The translations under genes were made by a program, and so were the position numbers. From Nemertoderma westbladi (taxonomy: Eukaryota > Animalia > Xenacoelomorpha), in assembly GCA_032718475.1 (NCBI GenBank), contig JAUCBJ010003414.1, forward strand, positions 1,667 through 65,666: 64,000 nucleotides of DNA. The letters run 5' to 3'. Under the pieces are notes generated by a model that was not told the origin of the DNA, ran no database searches, and saw nothing but the letters and a program-made list of their open reading frames with translations. Below, piece by piece: positions 12,464 through 25,549 of this stretch (positions are counted from its first letter, which is position 1; every line of letters begins with the position of its first letter).

Positions 12464-14644
12464 TTGAGATCCTCTACGGTAACGGCTATCCTACGGCCTA
12501 CATATCTACTAGTACGAAGCTATAGAGTATCTCTAACCGTAAAGTCCAGTAGTATACCGCTTACCAGATCCTAGTAACGATGTATCTTACCGTAAGATCT
12601 AGTAATGAAACGGGCTCGTACAGTATCTGACAACAAATCCCAGTCCAGGGTATCTAAACAAACAGATACAATACACAAACGACTACTGGCGAGGAGCAGA
12701 GCCTAGTGTCTATTCATGTACGTGAGCGGGTCTAATGCCTACAAACTAGACAAAAGGAAACCTGTCCTCTAACCAGTATGGCAGATGTACAGTTACAGTA
12801 ACAGACCAAACTCACGGGAAAACAATCCCCGCGCAGCGAATCCTAAGTATCGCTGACAGTCCTAAATACCATAACTTGCCGCGGTGTGATTTATATGGTT
12901 TATATACGAGCTAGTGGGTTAACATACCTAGCGTAACAATACTGATCCCCCTGTACGAAATCAGTCTAAAGAGGGTCGTGCCTAATGTAACAATACCGCT
13001 GCTCTGACAAAACAACACTTTAATAACAAAATAAATACTCCTTCTTGCCGTAACTAAATATCAGATCCTAAAATTACAAAATACCAACAGTGAGTTATAT
13101 ATATATTCTGCCTAAAGTAACCTAACGTGCGCTATGTAGTAGAACTCTAAGGGTAAATATGTTTTAGGGCGTGTGTATGTGGGTGTGTTACAATAAAACA
13201 ATTTTGGTGTATATCATTTTACTAGGTTTTAGTGATTTTCTGACCAAAACAATACCGTGCGCTAGCTACGAAAATAAGCTAGTCGCGTTTTGTAGAACTT
13301 TATACTTATAAATGACGTCAAAGCTCTCTCCTTCCTATCCACAACTCAACCGGGCAATTACGGTGTTAGTAACTACACCCGTGATCGGCACAAATACCAG
13401 ATTCTGGTTGTAAGATAAGAAATAGGGGTTAATCGCTACCATATGTTAGCTGATCTGGTATACAAATTTGATTCTAGAACTTTGTTGCCGCAGTGGTTAG
13501 CAGCAATACCTATCAGTACGTGGCAAGGTGCGGTAGGATATTAATAAACCTCCCAAGGCCAAGCGGTGTGCCGGTAGCAGAAATACTCCTTGCCTGATCA
13601 AATAACTAAGGTTCAGACAGGGGGGGGGGGGGGGGGGGGGTACTAATGTATGTTCTACAAAGCGAACCGGTACCAAACGGTCAGTGCTTCGAATCACTAA
13701 ATTATGGAACATATGCTGTCCTTACTCGCGTACTGACGAACGGCAATAGCTCACACCTGTGAGGTATACAGGTTAACCCAGGGATTTGTAGTACTGACGG
13801 GGGGGGGGGGGTTCTGTCAGAATATAATTATTTGATCCTAAATTTTGCGGTGCGCCAGAATGGCGTCACACTTACCCTGATCTATAGGTCTTACGTCGGG
13901 CAAGGGCGTCAAACAAAGTCTTACCTTCCTCTGAAATCGGCGCTGCATGGCAAGGTGGAGTATTTCGAAGGGCGAAGGGGGTGCGCGGTCTAATCCAATG
14001 TGGGCGCTAGCGTGTTGTGGACATCTTTCCCTGCGTTGCTGATGGCCTAACGGTCTAGGCGGCCATCTCCTCAATGCTTGGCTGTCCCAAAGGTGGACGT
14101 TCGAAAATATACATGTTCAGAAGTTTACAGTATATTTACAGTTTAGCAAATGATTTATCAAACAGATTTATAACAAAACAAATACTAAGTGTCTAAATGA
14201 AGTAAGGATTGATATAACAAGAATGGTGATAACCGAAGGCAAACCAGCCCTTTATATACTAAACTGGGATATAGAATCCGCTAGAACCTTCCAGAGTATT
14301 CCATGGCCTCACATTGGAGCAATAAGATGTTCTATGCCCTATGATTGGCCCAACTCATCGTTCCATGTGTTGTACGCACCTCATTGGTTTATCAAATTGT
14401 ACCAAATGAAAATAAATTGCCCCAAAATGCAAATTTCCCGACTGGGATTCGAATTCGTAACCTATCTGTAATGCAACCAACGCCTTAACCATCTGACCAC
14501 TACGCCATGAGATTAACTACGGGTTTTATGTGTACCAATATGAATAGGCATATTACATTACTGTAATTTAATCAAAATTCGTCGGATTTTAGAAAGTTTT
14601 TACGTTAAACTACAAATGCTATCTTATAGTGAAATAATCCATCA
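12464..14644 (-). repeat. 5' LTR of A1 (about 2.18 kb)
   Basis: Homologous to 23929-25549 and 43687-45637; 3' end set by the TSD-defined terminus of A2. Confidence 0.85.
14436..14506 (-). ncRNA. tRNA-like Pol III cassette inside LTR-A (copy 1)
   Basis: GGCGTAGTGGTCAGATGGTTAAGGCG (A box), TTCGAATCCC (B box), then a T-run. Confidence 0.55.
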
Positions 14645-15535
14645 GGCATTACTGTGCCTCTACCTGCTGAACGGTAAAACAAGGATAGTGCTGAACTACA
14701 TGCTGTTTACATTACTGTTACATTACTGGTTGACTGGCGACAATGCTTTCTACGTATATTAGACTCGACTCCTTCAAAAAACTTTTCGGCAGCAAATATG
14801 TAAAATTTAATGCTGATTATTTTTTCACTGTTTTTCGAGGGTTTATAGTGTTTTCCCTATGTTTACGGATATTACTTAAGGTGTGCTATGCGAGGAGTAC
14901 ATTTAGGATTACCAATTTAGTATAGTACATGTGTTCATTTATAATATTTTCCTATAATAAATTAATAATTCAATTAATAATTTCCCGCTTATCAATATTT
15001 TCACTATTTTCCGGGTGTATTACAGTGTTTTTCTTGTTTTTCTGTTTTCTTAGTGTTTTTCTGTTCTACTAGTGTTTTCCTAATTTAGAACTATCTTATT
15101 TTGTGTTAGAGAATAAGGATTGTTTTTGAGAATAAACAAGGATCAAGATTAGGATGGATTGGATGGATTTAAAGAAAATGAATTTGAGTTTTCCTTTTGT
15201 GACCCGAGTTTCACTCTTTCTATAACTATTTTAAACTGTAGAATTACATATTGCAGTTGAATTTGATTGAATATTGATTCCAAATATTATCATCAGACCA
15301 CTCTTGAACTGATAAACTACAAATTGAAAGAAAACCTAGAAATAGTATTATTCCTAAAAGTTGACATTATTACCGAATTATAGGGAAAGTTCCCAGATAA
15401 ACGATTGATCTGTATCTCTTCTGTGGGATATAAAGTGTTGAATAGAAAGACATGTAATTTATGTTATATCAAAATGCTTACTTTTGTCCTTAAAGTCGAT
15501 GTACCATTACATTATTTATCTATTTATTTAATATT

Positions 15536-16206
15536 TTAATCATTATTGGTTAACTCACTGTTAGGTGGAGTGTAATTTAGGAGCTCATCGTATGCTTCTC
15601 CTAATTGTTTCACAGGGAGAGAACAAGGGTAATATCGAGCATGGGCAATAAAACCTGGGAAGGCTTGTGCAGCGTTGTAAATACGTTTTCCTAAATACAG
15701 ATTCACAGTGCTATCCAATGCTGCTCTATGGGTATTTGGAGTGTCGAACTCCATTCTTCTGTAATCTGCACTACCAACTCTTCGACTGTAAAGGGATGTT
15801 TGTTTATTAGCAGCACTCACACCAACCGCAACGAAATACCATTCATTGGAGGTGATGGCGTTGGGAAATGCTTGAGTGGCTGACGATATTGGATTATAGT
15901 ACAATTGACGAGCATCAGGCCAAATCCATAGATGTGTTCCATAGTTTACAGTGTCGCCAAACTCAAATATTGGGCCACCTCCAGGCGTATTGATAAAGGC
16001 CAACATTGTAAGAGATTCTGAGGTTAACTCATTTGGATCATGTGCGATTGATATGTAGCCGTTAGTGAAATCTATCGCTTGGTTTTCTACACCGCCTGGT
16101 CCAAGTCCATATCTTAATGTTCCAACAATGTCTCCATGGAGATTTGGTAATTTGTTCTGTCCACCGTCAACCAAGTTCAGTGGCCACCATGAATCAAATT
16201 GGCAGT
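15536..16206 (-). CDS. Laminin-G/concanavalin-A-like (pentraxin-like) domain, terminal exon of a host gene
   Basis: tttgcag| phase-1 acceptor; (D)CQFDSWWPLN...AIDFTNGYISI...EWYFVAV...LYLGKR...FPGFIAHARYY pattern; ends in a stop codon. Confidence 0.8.
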
Positions 16207-16869
16207 CTGCAAATAATTAAGGAATACACATATGATTTTTTTCTGAATGATATATTGATAACATTTACTACAACTACTAGGTCGAGCGAGCTCAGACACT
16301 TTCAGTGCTGATAACTTTTACACCAAACTAAGTATGTGTTATTTGCATCGATTTTCGTCTGGAGAGGGAGGAATTTAGATGCTTCGAAAGTCCCCCCCCC
16401 CCCTCCCCTCCACCTATCTTAGTGAAAAAAAGTGAACAAAGTTTCCTATTGGATAATTCATCATTAAATTGCTGTTCCGATTGTATTCCAATTGTAGATG
16501 TGTGCCGCTCTGTAAATGAAACTGAGTAGAGATCAATGAAAACTACAATCTGATATAACGTATTGTACTTAAGTCGATAAAAATCGAAAAGTCGAAAAAA
16601 ATACGACCAACCAGGTTTTTGCTCCATTGACACAGTGGGTGGTCTGCTAACCAAAATCCGCGAAAATCCGCCAATTGAAACTCTAGTTATTGACCCTTGA
16701 CTCTTCGACTATAGAGGAATGTGTGCTTTTATTAGCTACCCCGCGTTAGGCTGTTTTTTTTTATCTATTTCTGCCAGATTATTAATTGGGGGGGGGGGGG
16801 GGGGGGGGGGATTATGCCCGGAATTAAGTTCCATAGTGTGCATGTTTAAATGACACAAAGAACCTTGGC

Positions 16870-17030
16870 TGTCATTCTTGCCTATCAGCCATTATTCTCC
16901 TTACATATTCGAAGCTCTTCATCTGACTTCCACATACATTAACCCAAATAGCGGAAGTCATACATATGATCAAGCATGTCATCCTTATGGCTTATGTATA
17001 TTTGAACATAGAATTCATAAGGACTATCAG
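16870..17030 (-). mobile_element. Old degenerate copy of the RTE LINE family seen at 18516 and 52176
   Basis: Aligns by eye with about 19050-19210, with many substitutions. Confidence 0.55.
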
Positions 17031-17371
17031 ATGATCAATAACTCATTCACTTTGGCTCTCATTCACTTGATCAGTACTTTGCAAAGTTCATTTAACTTAA
17101 GTTGATAAAACGTTCCAAATCACTTGATCAGTAAGTCGCTTGTCTCTCAATCACTTGATCAATAAGTTTCTTGGTTCTAAATCAGTTGATGGCGTTCCCC
17201 TGGTTGTAACGAATCTTTATCGCCAGTTATTTTGCTATATTCCTGAAATATTTCAAAATAAGCGAAAAATTATTTTGGTCAAGTAATCACTACCAACATG
17301 ATACAGTTTTGGTTAGCTCTGTAAATGTTTATAAAAATTTAAAACAGATTAATTCACCAGCATCATCTTGA

Positions 17372-17625
17372 TTAAGTAGTTATTTCGTCCAGATCACCCC
17401 TTGATATATAGCAGCTGTAATACCGGAACTGAGATATATATCCTGGGAAGGGTTGACTTGGAAACCCACATGTCCCACAAATATGCCGACCCAAAGAAAG
17501 GTTGGAAACACTATCATGATCATGTCTATTAGTATTTATTGTGTTGGCAAAATCTATACTTGTATGTTCAGAACTTCCAACTCATCGACTGTAAAGGAAT
17601 GTGTGCTTATTAACTGCACTCACCG
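17372..17625 (-). pseudogene. Decayed paralog of the LamG-like exon (3' half)
   Basis: VSAVNKHTFLYSR*VGSS...NLSLGRH...FPGYISQFRYYSC versus VSAANKQTSLYSRRVGSA...NLYLGKR...FPGFIAHARYYPC; in-frame TGA. Confidence 0.75.
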
Positions 17626-17699
17626 GTGCATAACCATTAACCATGCAATATTTGAACGCTCATATCCCAGCTATTTTTAAACGAAATTCAAATTGTGTT

Positions 17700-19930
17700 A
17701 CATATTTGGAATCCTTGCATATGGTCAGCTTTCCATTGGTACCAACAAACAGCTATAAGGTAGAATAATAACTGCGGTGTAACTGTTGTAATATTGCGGT
17801 TATATTTAAAAATATCGAGACATGAAAAATATCGAGAGTAAAAATAACGCGAGTAAAAACATCGAGTGTTGAAAAATAACGATAATCGTTTTCCATTGGT
17901 AATCGCTTTCCATTGGTACCAACAAACAGCTATAAGGTAGAATAATAACTGCGGTGTAACTGTTGTAATATTGCGGTTATATTTAAAAATATCGAGACAT
18001 GAAAAATATCGAGAGTAAAAATAACGCGAGTAAAAACATCGAGTGTTGAAAAATAACGATAATATCGAGAGTTCAAAAAATATCGAGAGTAAAAATATCG
18101 AGGGTAAAAATATCGAGAGTAAAAATACCGAGTGTTGAAAAATATCGAGAGTAAAAATATCGAGAGTAAAAATATCGAGTGTTGAAAAATATCGAGAGTA
18201 AAAATATCGAGTGTTGAAAAATATCGAGAGTAAAAATATCGAGTGTTGAAAAATATCGAGAGTAAAAATATCGAGTGTTGAAAAATATTGAGTGTTGAAA
18301 AATATCGAGTGTTGAAAAATATCGGTTGTTGAAAAATATCGAGAGTAAAAATATCGAGTGTTGAAAAATATAGAATGTTGAAAAATATCGAGAGTAAAAA
18401 TATCGATATTAACAATTTTTTAAATAAGGGTTGTATGATATTTTTTTTTTAACTAAAAATGTTCTAGAACAACAATATTTATTAACATTTAGTAGCTTAT
18501 ACAGTACGTGTTCTACTACTACTACTACTACTGGGATCGGCATGCTGCATTGCAGCTCCATTTTTAAGAATGCTGTGCCGGCTAGTCAACAAAATTGCAC
18601 CGCCACAACTCCCTATCACCCATGACATTTGCTAGATCATCCGCATCTTCAAGGCCAGTGTCCTTTAAGATGCGTCTCAAGAAAGTAATGGGCTGTCCAC
18701 CATGCTTATTCACTCCATGAGGCTGCCAAAGTACAAGATTATGCACTGGCTGGTCCTCACGGCGAAAGCAATGTCCTGCAAAGCGGAGGCGATTTTGTTC
18801 TAGTGTCAAGCTTGGGGGAACCAATGAGACACCTCCAATGTTATATAGTGTCTGGTTGGAGATGTGTGCATTGTACTTGACACAATGAACCCGGCGTAGC
18901 ATTCTTGTGAATGTGCCATCCAGAGATTTGGTGTCCTCAGCAGTTAGAGCCCAGCATGGACTCCCGTAGAGGAGTACTGGAACTACTGCTGCTCTAAATA
19001 ATCGGACCTTAAGTTTCCGATTAATTCTCGGTGACTTCCAAATCCTTGAAAGCCTATTCAAGGCTGCCCATGCCTTTCCCTTACGTATTCGAAGGTCCTC
19101 ACCTGACTTCCGGATCCATGATCCCAGGTAACAGAAGTCGTCCACATGCTCAAGCATACCATCCTTTGAGCTTATGCTCATCCGATCATAGACTTGCTGA
19201 GGACTTTCAAAGTACGTGTTCTAATATAATATTTAACAATATTTATAATATTTATCAAAATTTATAGCTAGCACTTCTTTTATAATATTTATTAAAAAAA
19301 TAGCAAAAAATAGCTAGTATAATAAATCTGGTAAATGGGTACCCAAGGTGTATTACATAATGCCATTCACTTGCACTTGCACTGTTGTAACCCATGCACT
19401 GCAATATTGTTCCATAATTCTAAATAAAATGCTCAAGCAAAATGCAATATTTTTACTCTTGATATTTTTCAACACTCGATATTTTTCAACACTCGATATT
19501 TTTAATCTCGATATTTTTCAACACTCGATATTTTCAACACTCGTTATTTTTACTTTCGAAATTTTTCAACACTCAATATTTTTACTCTCGATATTTTTCA
19601 ACACTCGATATTTTTACTCTCGATATTTTTCAACACTCGATATTTTTACTCTCGATATTTTTCAACACTCGATATTTTTACTCTCGATATTTTTCAACAC
19701 TCGATATTTTTGCTCTCGATATTTTTCAACACTCGATATTGTTACTCTCGATATTTTTCAACACTCGATATTTTTCAACACTGGTTATTTTCGATATTTT
19801 TCATCTCGCGTTATTTTTACTCTCGATATTTTTTTATCACGTTAATTTTCAACACTCGTTATTTTTACTCTCGATATTTTCACTCTCGTTGTTTTTACTC
19901 TCGATATTTTTCAAGTCTCGATATTTTTCA
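17700..19930. mobile_element. Foldback-like element: two oppositely oriented arrays of 14/16-bp units (AAAATATCGAGAGT / AAAAATATCGAGTGTTG) around an AT-rich core
   Basis: Array at about 17805-18410 and its reverse complement at about 19447-19930; outer termini not resolved. Confidence 0.7.
18516..19210 (-). mobile_element. 5'-truncated RTE LINE (ORF2 C-terminus) with (TAG)n tail
   Basis: FCYLGS, VLLYGS..W and RLRFAGHC motifs; 13-bp TSD AGTACGTGTTCTA (18503-18515/19211-19223). Confidence 0.93.
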
Positions 19931-20375
19931 CCATTACCAATATTGCTGGAGACTCTTTTTTATAAACGCTTGTAGCTAAAGATTGAAAGCAAAAATAAAA
20001 ATTCTGGCTCACCCAGTCAGTGGTCAGGAGGTGAAACTATCTCTGTTTCAAATTTCATGCAATCTCATTAAGATTTGTAGAAAAATTAGTGGGGAGGGTG
20101 GGGGGGGGGGGGGGGGGGGGTGTAATCGGATTCAATTCCGAGCATTACCCACCTAAAACGGGACTAGTGGCATTTTACCAATATAGTTGGGGATGTGAGA
20201 TTACCAATAATAATCTCACCTCATAACCAACTGGGGGGGGGGGGGGGGGGGGATACACGCCGCAAGCCATAGAGGAAGGTGAGAGGTCAAACCACCTCAC
20301 AGGGACAAACAAGCTAGTGAGGCTAGCACCAAGGGGTAACACCAACAAGGAGTGGCGAGGTGAGCATTAATCGGG

Positions 20376-21460
20376 TTAACCCTATTAAACCCGGGGGGGG
20401 GGGGGGGGTCAATATGACCCCTTCCCCGTGGTTTTTTTATTATAATTCTGAAACAAACACAGTTGGGAATCTGAAATTTTATGACTTTTCCTAAAAATCT
20501 ATTGTCTTCCTAGTAGTGAAAACCGTTTTTAAAAATATTGGGTACTTTTCGAGTTATAGCACCATTTTTTAACCCTAGTTTTGGCACTTTTTTTGAGACG
20601 TTTTTTGAAAATTACATTTCATTAAATATGAATTGTAACATCTTTATTTTTGATTTACACCGGTTTTTTGGTGTTAGAAATTGGATGGAATTCATATAAA
20701 TTGATTTAGAAATTTCAAACTTGTTTTTTTCGGTGGGTGCCAAATTTTGGTGCTAGCACCAAATTTTGAAATAAGTCAATTTTGTAAATTGATTGTTTGA
20801 AACTTGTTTTTTACGCAATTGAGGTTTTTTGGGGTTCTGGATTCGATGAAATATATACGAGTAGCACCAAGCGTATCAAACTTGTATTTTTCGGTGCTGT
20901 GTGCAAATTTTGGTGCTAGCACGAAATTTTGAAAATCCATTCAATAGATAAAATTGCTTGTGACAATTTAATTCTTGCGTTTTAGAGGTTTATGGCTGTT
21001 CTGAATTCAATGGAAAATATAATTATCGAACTAGACATCTCAAACTTGTATTTTTCGGATGTGGGTGCAAAATGTGGTGCTAGCACCAAATTTTGAAAAC
21101 CATCAAATATATCAATTGATAGTGTCACCTTGTTTCTTGCGTTATACGGGTTTGTGATGGTTCTGAATTCAATGGAATCAGTAAAAATTTCATAAGAGTT
21201 CTCAAACTTGTATTTTTCGCCGGTGTGTGAAAATTGTTGTGCCAGCACCAAATTTTGGAATATATGCAAATTGATAAGTAGATAGTATCACCTTTTTCTT
21301 GCGTTATACGGGTTTATGAGGGTCCTGAATCCGATGGAATCAATATAAACAGCACTGGACATCGCAAACTTGTACTTTTTGGTGATGGGTACGAAATTTG
21401 GTGCTAGCACCAAAATTTGCCAAATTACGCCGAAAAATACAAGTACCCAGTAGTTTAGGG
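20376..21460. mobile_element. Probable non-autonomous DNA transposon fragment with about 120-bp internal tandem units
   Basis: Begins TTAACCCT; six recurrences of AAACTTG...GGTGCTAGCACC-AAATTT (palindromic core GGTGCTAGCACC); matching other terminus not found. Confidence 0.5.
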
Positions 21461-21841
21461 CTACAACCAATATGTGTCAACGATATAACCCTTGTAATTA
21501 CTGATTATTAGTTAGTTGATTCTGGAGACCGTAATCCGGTTGTGAGACCGGAATAGTTTTTGACCTTCATTACCGTTACTGTTTCTATTGCATATTATTA
21601 TATTCAGACTGTGCTATAATCAATTGCTGTGATTATCAATACTGACAACTAACTGTGTTGTTTTCCATCGGCCTTTGGCCAAACATATATCCTGCCTTCA
21701 GCCCAGCAGCCCAGCGACGCAACGACGCGTACAACCTACACCGGTCAGTATCCACGACTGTCAACTCAAGTGGATACCATCACAGTCAAAACATACCAAC
21801 GACACAACTAATAAACTGTGACCACAACAGAGGAGGATAAG

Positions 21842-23343
21842 ATGAGTGAACATACGCCCCAAGTCTCAGAGGGGAGAGAAACACCACAGCGGACCCCGAG
21901 CGATACAGACCAAACGATTCGAGAGGCCGCGATGAGGTGGCACCGGCCCTCCACGATCCGGACACCCAAGAGGAGGGTGTCCGACAACGAGGAGGGAAAG
22001 ATGACGAGTCGACGCAAGATCCCAACAGCGGTCGAAGTACCAAAGTCGATGGCCAACCACTGGCCGACCGCGGCAAATGGCCCACCGGAACGGCGACAGT
22101 GGGGCCGACGGTAAGGCGCCGGACGAGGAGGGAAGGCAAAGTTCACGATGAGGACATTGGGATGAGAGATCGCCTGCGATGGGCATACAACGCCGCAAAG
22201 AGGCTGTTGTAGGACACTAGGGAGGGGAGAAAGGTAGACCAGCACAAACTATACCTAAGGCTAGGTGAGTGCAACAAACACTTCCGATATCTAGTCCGAT
22301 TTGGGCAGGGGAAATGGCAAGTGAGAGGGCGAGGGGGGTCACCACAGAACTGTTTGAATTGTAGCGATCCGAGGTGGTGGAGGCAGATGTTGTGTACATA
22401 GGGCCTTATCTGGTGGATGCGAGGGGGATTAAGTTAGTGGGATGGGCGGATCCACATGGCAGCAAATCCGAGGTTAACCCCAAAGATTCGGTGTCGTTGG
22501 TTAGTAGGACTCCCAGCAAACGGGGGAAAATTAGTAGGCCGGACAGGCGGCAGGAGTCCGTCGCAACCGAAAAGTCTGCTACATCCTCCGTGAAAGCAAG
22601 ACGGGTGTTAGAGATAGATCTGGCGTGTCAATTAGACATTGTTGTGCTGGATCAAAATGAACTAGAAAGGCAGTTGGATGAGGTAAATGCGTTATTAGAG
22701 AGGGAGAGGGAATTAGCGAAAGAGTGTAAAGAGAGGGCCGAGAGGGTGGCGAGAAACTATCGAGAGCGGGATGAGAGAAAAATGAGTGAGCACAAAGAGC
22801 GAGAGGTGAGGGAAGAGAACGAGCGTAGAGAGCGCAAGGAGCGGGAGGCGAGAGTGGAAAACGAGCGCAAGGAGCGAGAGGCTGAGAGAATTGAGAGAGA
22901 AGTAAACGAACGGAGAGAGCGGGAGGCGAGAGAGACAAACGAGCGCAGAGAGCGAGAGGCGAGAGAGACGAGCGCAAAGAGTGGGAAGCGAGGAAAGCTG
23001 AGAGGATTGAGAGAGAAGTGAACGAACATAGAGAGCGGGAGGCAAGGGAGACATAATTAGCCGATCAGAGTATTAGGGAGGATAGAGAGAGAGAGAGGGG
23101 GCAGGTAAATGTTTGCGGGATGATATGCATACCCGGTTGATGGGGTTAATGCAATACCAAGCGAAGCAAAAGTGCCGGTTAGAACTGGCAAATATGGGTT
23201 TATCGGAGAGTGAGGCTGGTTTGGGTAGTATTTATGAGGAACCAGAGGTGATGGAAACCTTTGTTAATACCCCACTTACAGGTACCGGACGACAGACCCA
23301 AGACTGGTGTGACCGTATGGGCGGGGGGGGGGGGGTAATAATA
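21842..23343 (+). pseudogene. gag N-terminal region of a third BEL/Pao-like family (C), left part
   Basis: MSEHTPQ... start; VNPKDSVSLVSR..SSVKARR motif followed by an E/R-rich coiled coil, as in BEL gag; continues at 59992 across a TSD. Confidence 0.6.
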
Positions 23344-23928
23344 TTTTATTTTATTCTTTATTGCAGGCATCGCCCATAGTAAATTGCTAAATAGTATACA
23401 GTAAATTGCACAGAAGTATAAATATAGTGATACACAGATATACATATATATTTTATACCAGTATTGAATAACTATTTATTTAAGAATAAAATTAATATAG
23501 ATATGCAATATTATCGAAAGTTTCGCGGATTCTAGAACAACAGTAGGTGACGTTATAAACTGAATTAACGACAGTGTTTATCGAACAACAAATCCTATTA
23601 AAGAGACTATTTGCACTACGAAATCTAATATGACGAAACACAGTAAATTGTGTTCTCCAAAAAATTGTGACATGCTGTTAGAGACCTGTGCACTAGAAAG
23701 TCGGGGAATCTTAAATAGTATTCGAGCTGCGTTGTTGTAGGCAACTCTAACGCGGTTATATACAAAAGATGAGTAATTCAGTCTCGCCCACAGAGCTTTG
23801 CAATACAGTGGTGTGAAGAACATACGGAATAAACAACATTTGACCGATACAGAACAGGCACTAAATTTACGAATTAATAAATTAGCACTTGCATAAATGC
23901 TCCTAATAGTTTTCTTTATAACATAATC
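23344..23928 (-). mobile_element. CR1/L2-group LINE, 3' part (target of the A2 insertion)
   Basis: DYVIKKTIRSIYASANLLIRKFSACSVSVKCCLF...YNNAARILF; AATAAA-rich tail; in frame with 58677-59991. Confidence 0.88.
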
Positions 23929-25549
23929 TGATGGATTATTTCACTATAAGATAGCATTTGTAGTTTAACGTAAAAACTTTCTAAAATCCGACGCATTTTG
24001 ATTAAGTTACAGTAATGTAATATGCCTATTCATATTAGTACACATAAAACCCGTAGTTAATGTCATGGCGTAGTGGTCAGATGGTTAAGGCGTTGGTTAC
24101 ATTACAGATAGGATACGAGTTCGAATCCCAGTCGGGAAATTTGCATTTTTGGGCAATTTATTTTCATTTGGTATAATTAGATAAACCAATGAGGTGCGTT
24201 CAACACATGGAACGATGAGTTGGGCCAATCATAGGGCATAGAACATCTTATTGCTCCAATGTGAGGCCATGGAATACTCTGGAAGGTTCTAGCGGATTCT
24301 ATGTCCCAGATTTAGTATATAAAGGGCTGGTTTGCCTTCGGTTAACACACATACACTTGTCCTTGACTCTTGATTACTATTTAGTTGCCCCCCCCCCCTG
24401 TCTGAACTTAGTTATTTGATCAGGCAAGGAGTATTTCTGCTACCGGCACACCGCTTGGCTTAGGGTGGTTTATTAATATCCTACCACGCCTTGCCACGTA
24501 CTGATAGGTATTGCTGCTAACCACGCAACAAAGTTCTAGAATAAAATTTGTATACCAGATCAGCTAACGTACGGTAGCGATTAACCCCTATTTCTTATCT
24601 TACAACCAGAATCTGGTATTTGTGCCGATCACGGGTGTAGTTACTAACACCGTGGTTGCCCGGTTGAGTTGTGGATAGGAAGGAGAGAGCTTTGACGTCA
24701 TTTGTAAGTATAAAGTTCTACAAAATGCGACTAGCTTATTTTCGTAGCTAGCACACAGTATTGTTTTGGTCAGAAAATCACCAAAACCTAGTAAAATGAT
24801 ATACACCAAAATTGTTTTATTGTAACACACCCACACACACACGCCCTAAAACATATTTACCCTTAGAGTTCTACTAGATAGATAGCACACGTTAGATTAC
24901 TTAGGCAGAATATATATAACTCATGTTAGTATTTGTAAATTTAGGATCTGATATTTAGTTACGGCAAGAAGGAGTATTTATTTCGTTATTAAACTGTTGT
25001 TTGTCTGAGCAGCGGTATTGTTACATTAGGCACGACCCTCTTTAGACTGATTTCGTACAGGGGGATCAGTATTGTTACGCTAGGTCTGTTAACCCACTAG
25101 CTCATATAAAACCATATAAATCACACCTCGGCAAGTTACGGTATTTAGGACTGTCAGCGATAGTTAGGATTCGCTGCGCGGGGATTGTTTTCCCGTGAGT
25201 TTGGTCTGTTACTGTAACTGTACATCTGCCATACCGGTTAGAGGACAGGTTTCCTTTTGTCTAGTTCGTAGGCATTAGACCCGCACACGTACATAGAATA
25301 GACACTAGGCTCTGCTCCTCGCCAGTAGTGGTTTGTGTATTGTATCTGTTTGTTTAGATACCCTGGACTGGGATTTGTTGTCAGATACTGTACGAGCCCG
25401 TTTCATTACTAGATCTTACGGTAAGATACATCTCGTTACTAGGATCTGGTAAGCGGTATACTACTGGACTTTACGGTTAGAGAAATTCTATAGCTTCGTA
25501 CCAGTAGATTTGTAGGCCGTAGGATAGCCCTTACCGTAGAGGATCTCAA
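23929..25549 (+). repeat. 5' LTR of A2 (internal block deletion relative to A1)
   Basis: TGATGG...GGATCTCA(A); TATA-like TATATAAAGG near 24316. Confidence 0.87.
24067..24150 (+). ncRNA. tRNA-like Pol III cassette inside LTR-A (copy 2)
   Basis: A box TGGTCAGATGG, B box GAGTTCGAATCCC, downstream TTTTT. Confidence 0.55.

Larger units (their letters stand above)
3473..14644 (-). mobile_element. BEL/Pao LTR retrotransposon family A, copy A1 (internally deleted, 3' LTR truncated, accessory region retained)
   Basis: LTR start TGATGGATTATT at 14644 and 3526; PPT GGAGCGG at 3533-3527; gag N-terminus fused to BEL-type integrase by a deletion near 9308; highly similar to the plus-strand copy A2. Confidence 0.93.

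Noticed and set aside
17805-19930. CRISPR-like array, and the 161-aa and 165-aa ORFs at 17930 and 19348
   Set aside because: Units abut without unique spacers, there are no cas genes, the context is eukaryotic, and the ORFs are stop-free translations of the repeat.
24067-24140. Functional tRNA gene
   Set aside because: The acceptor stem and anticodon arm do not pair properly, and it is part of an LTR.
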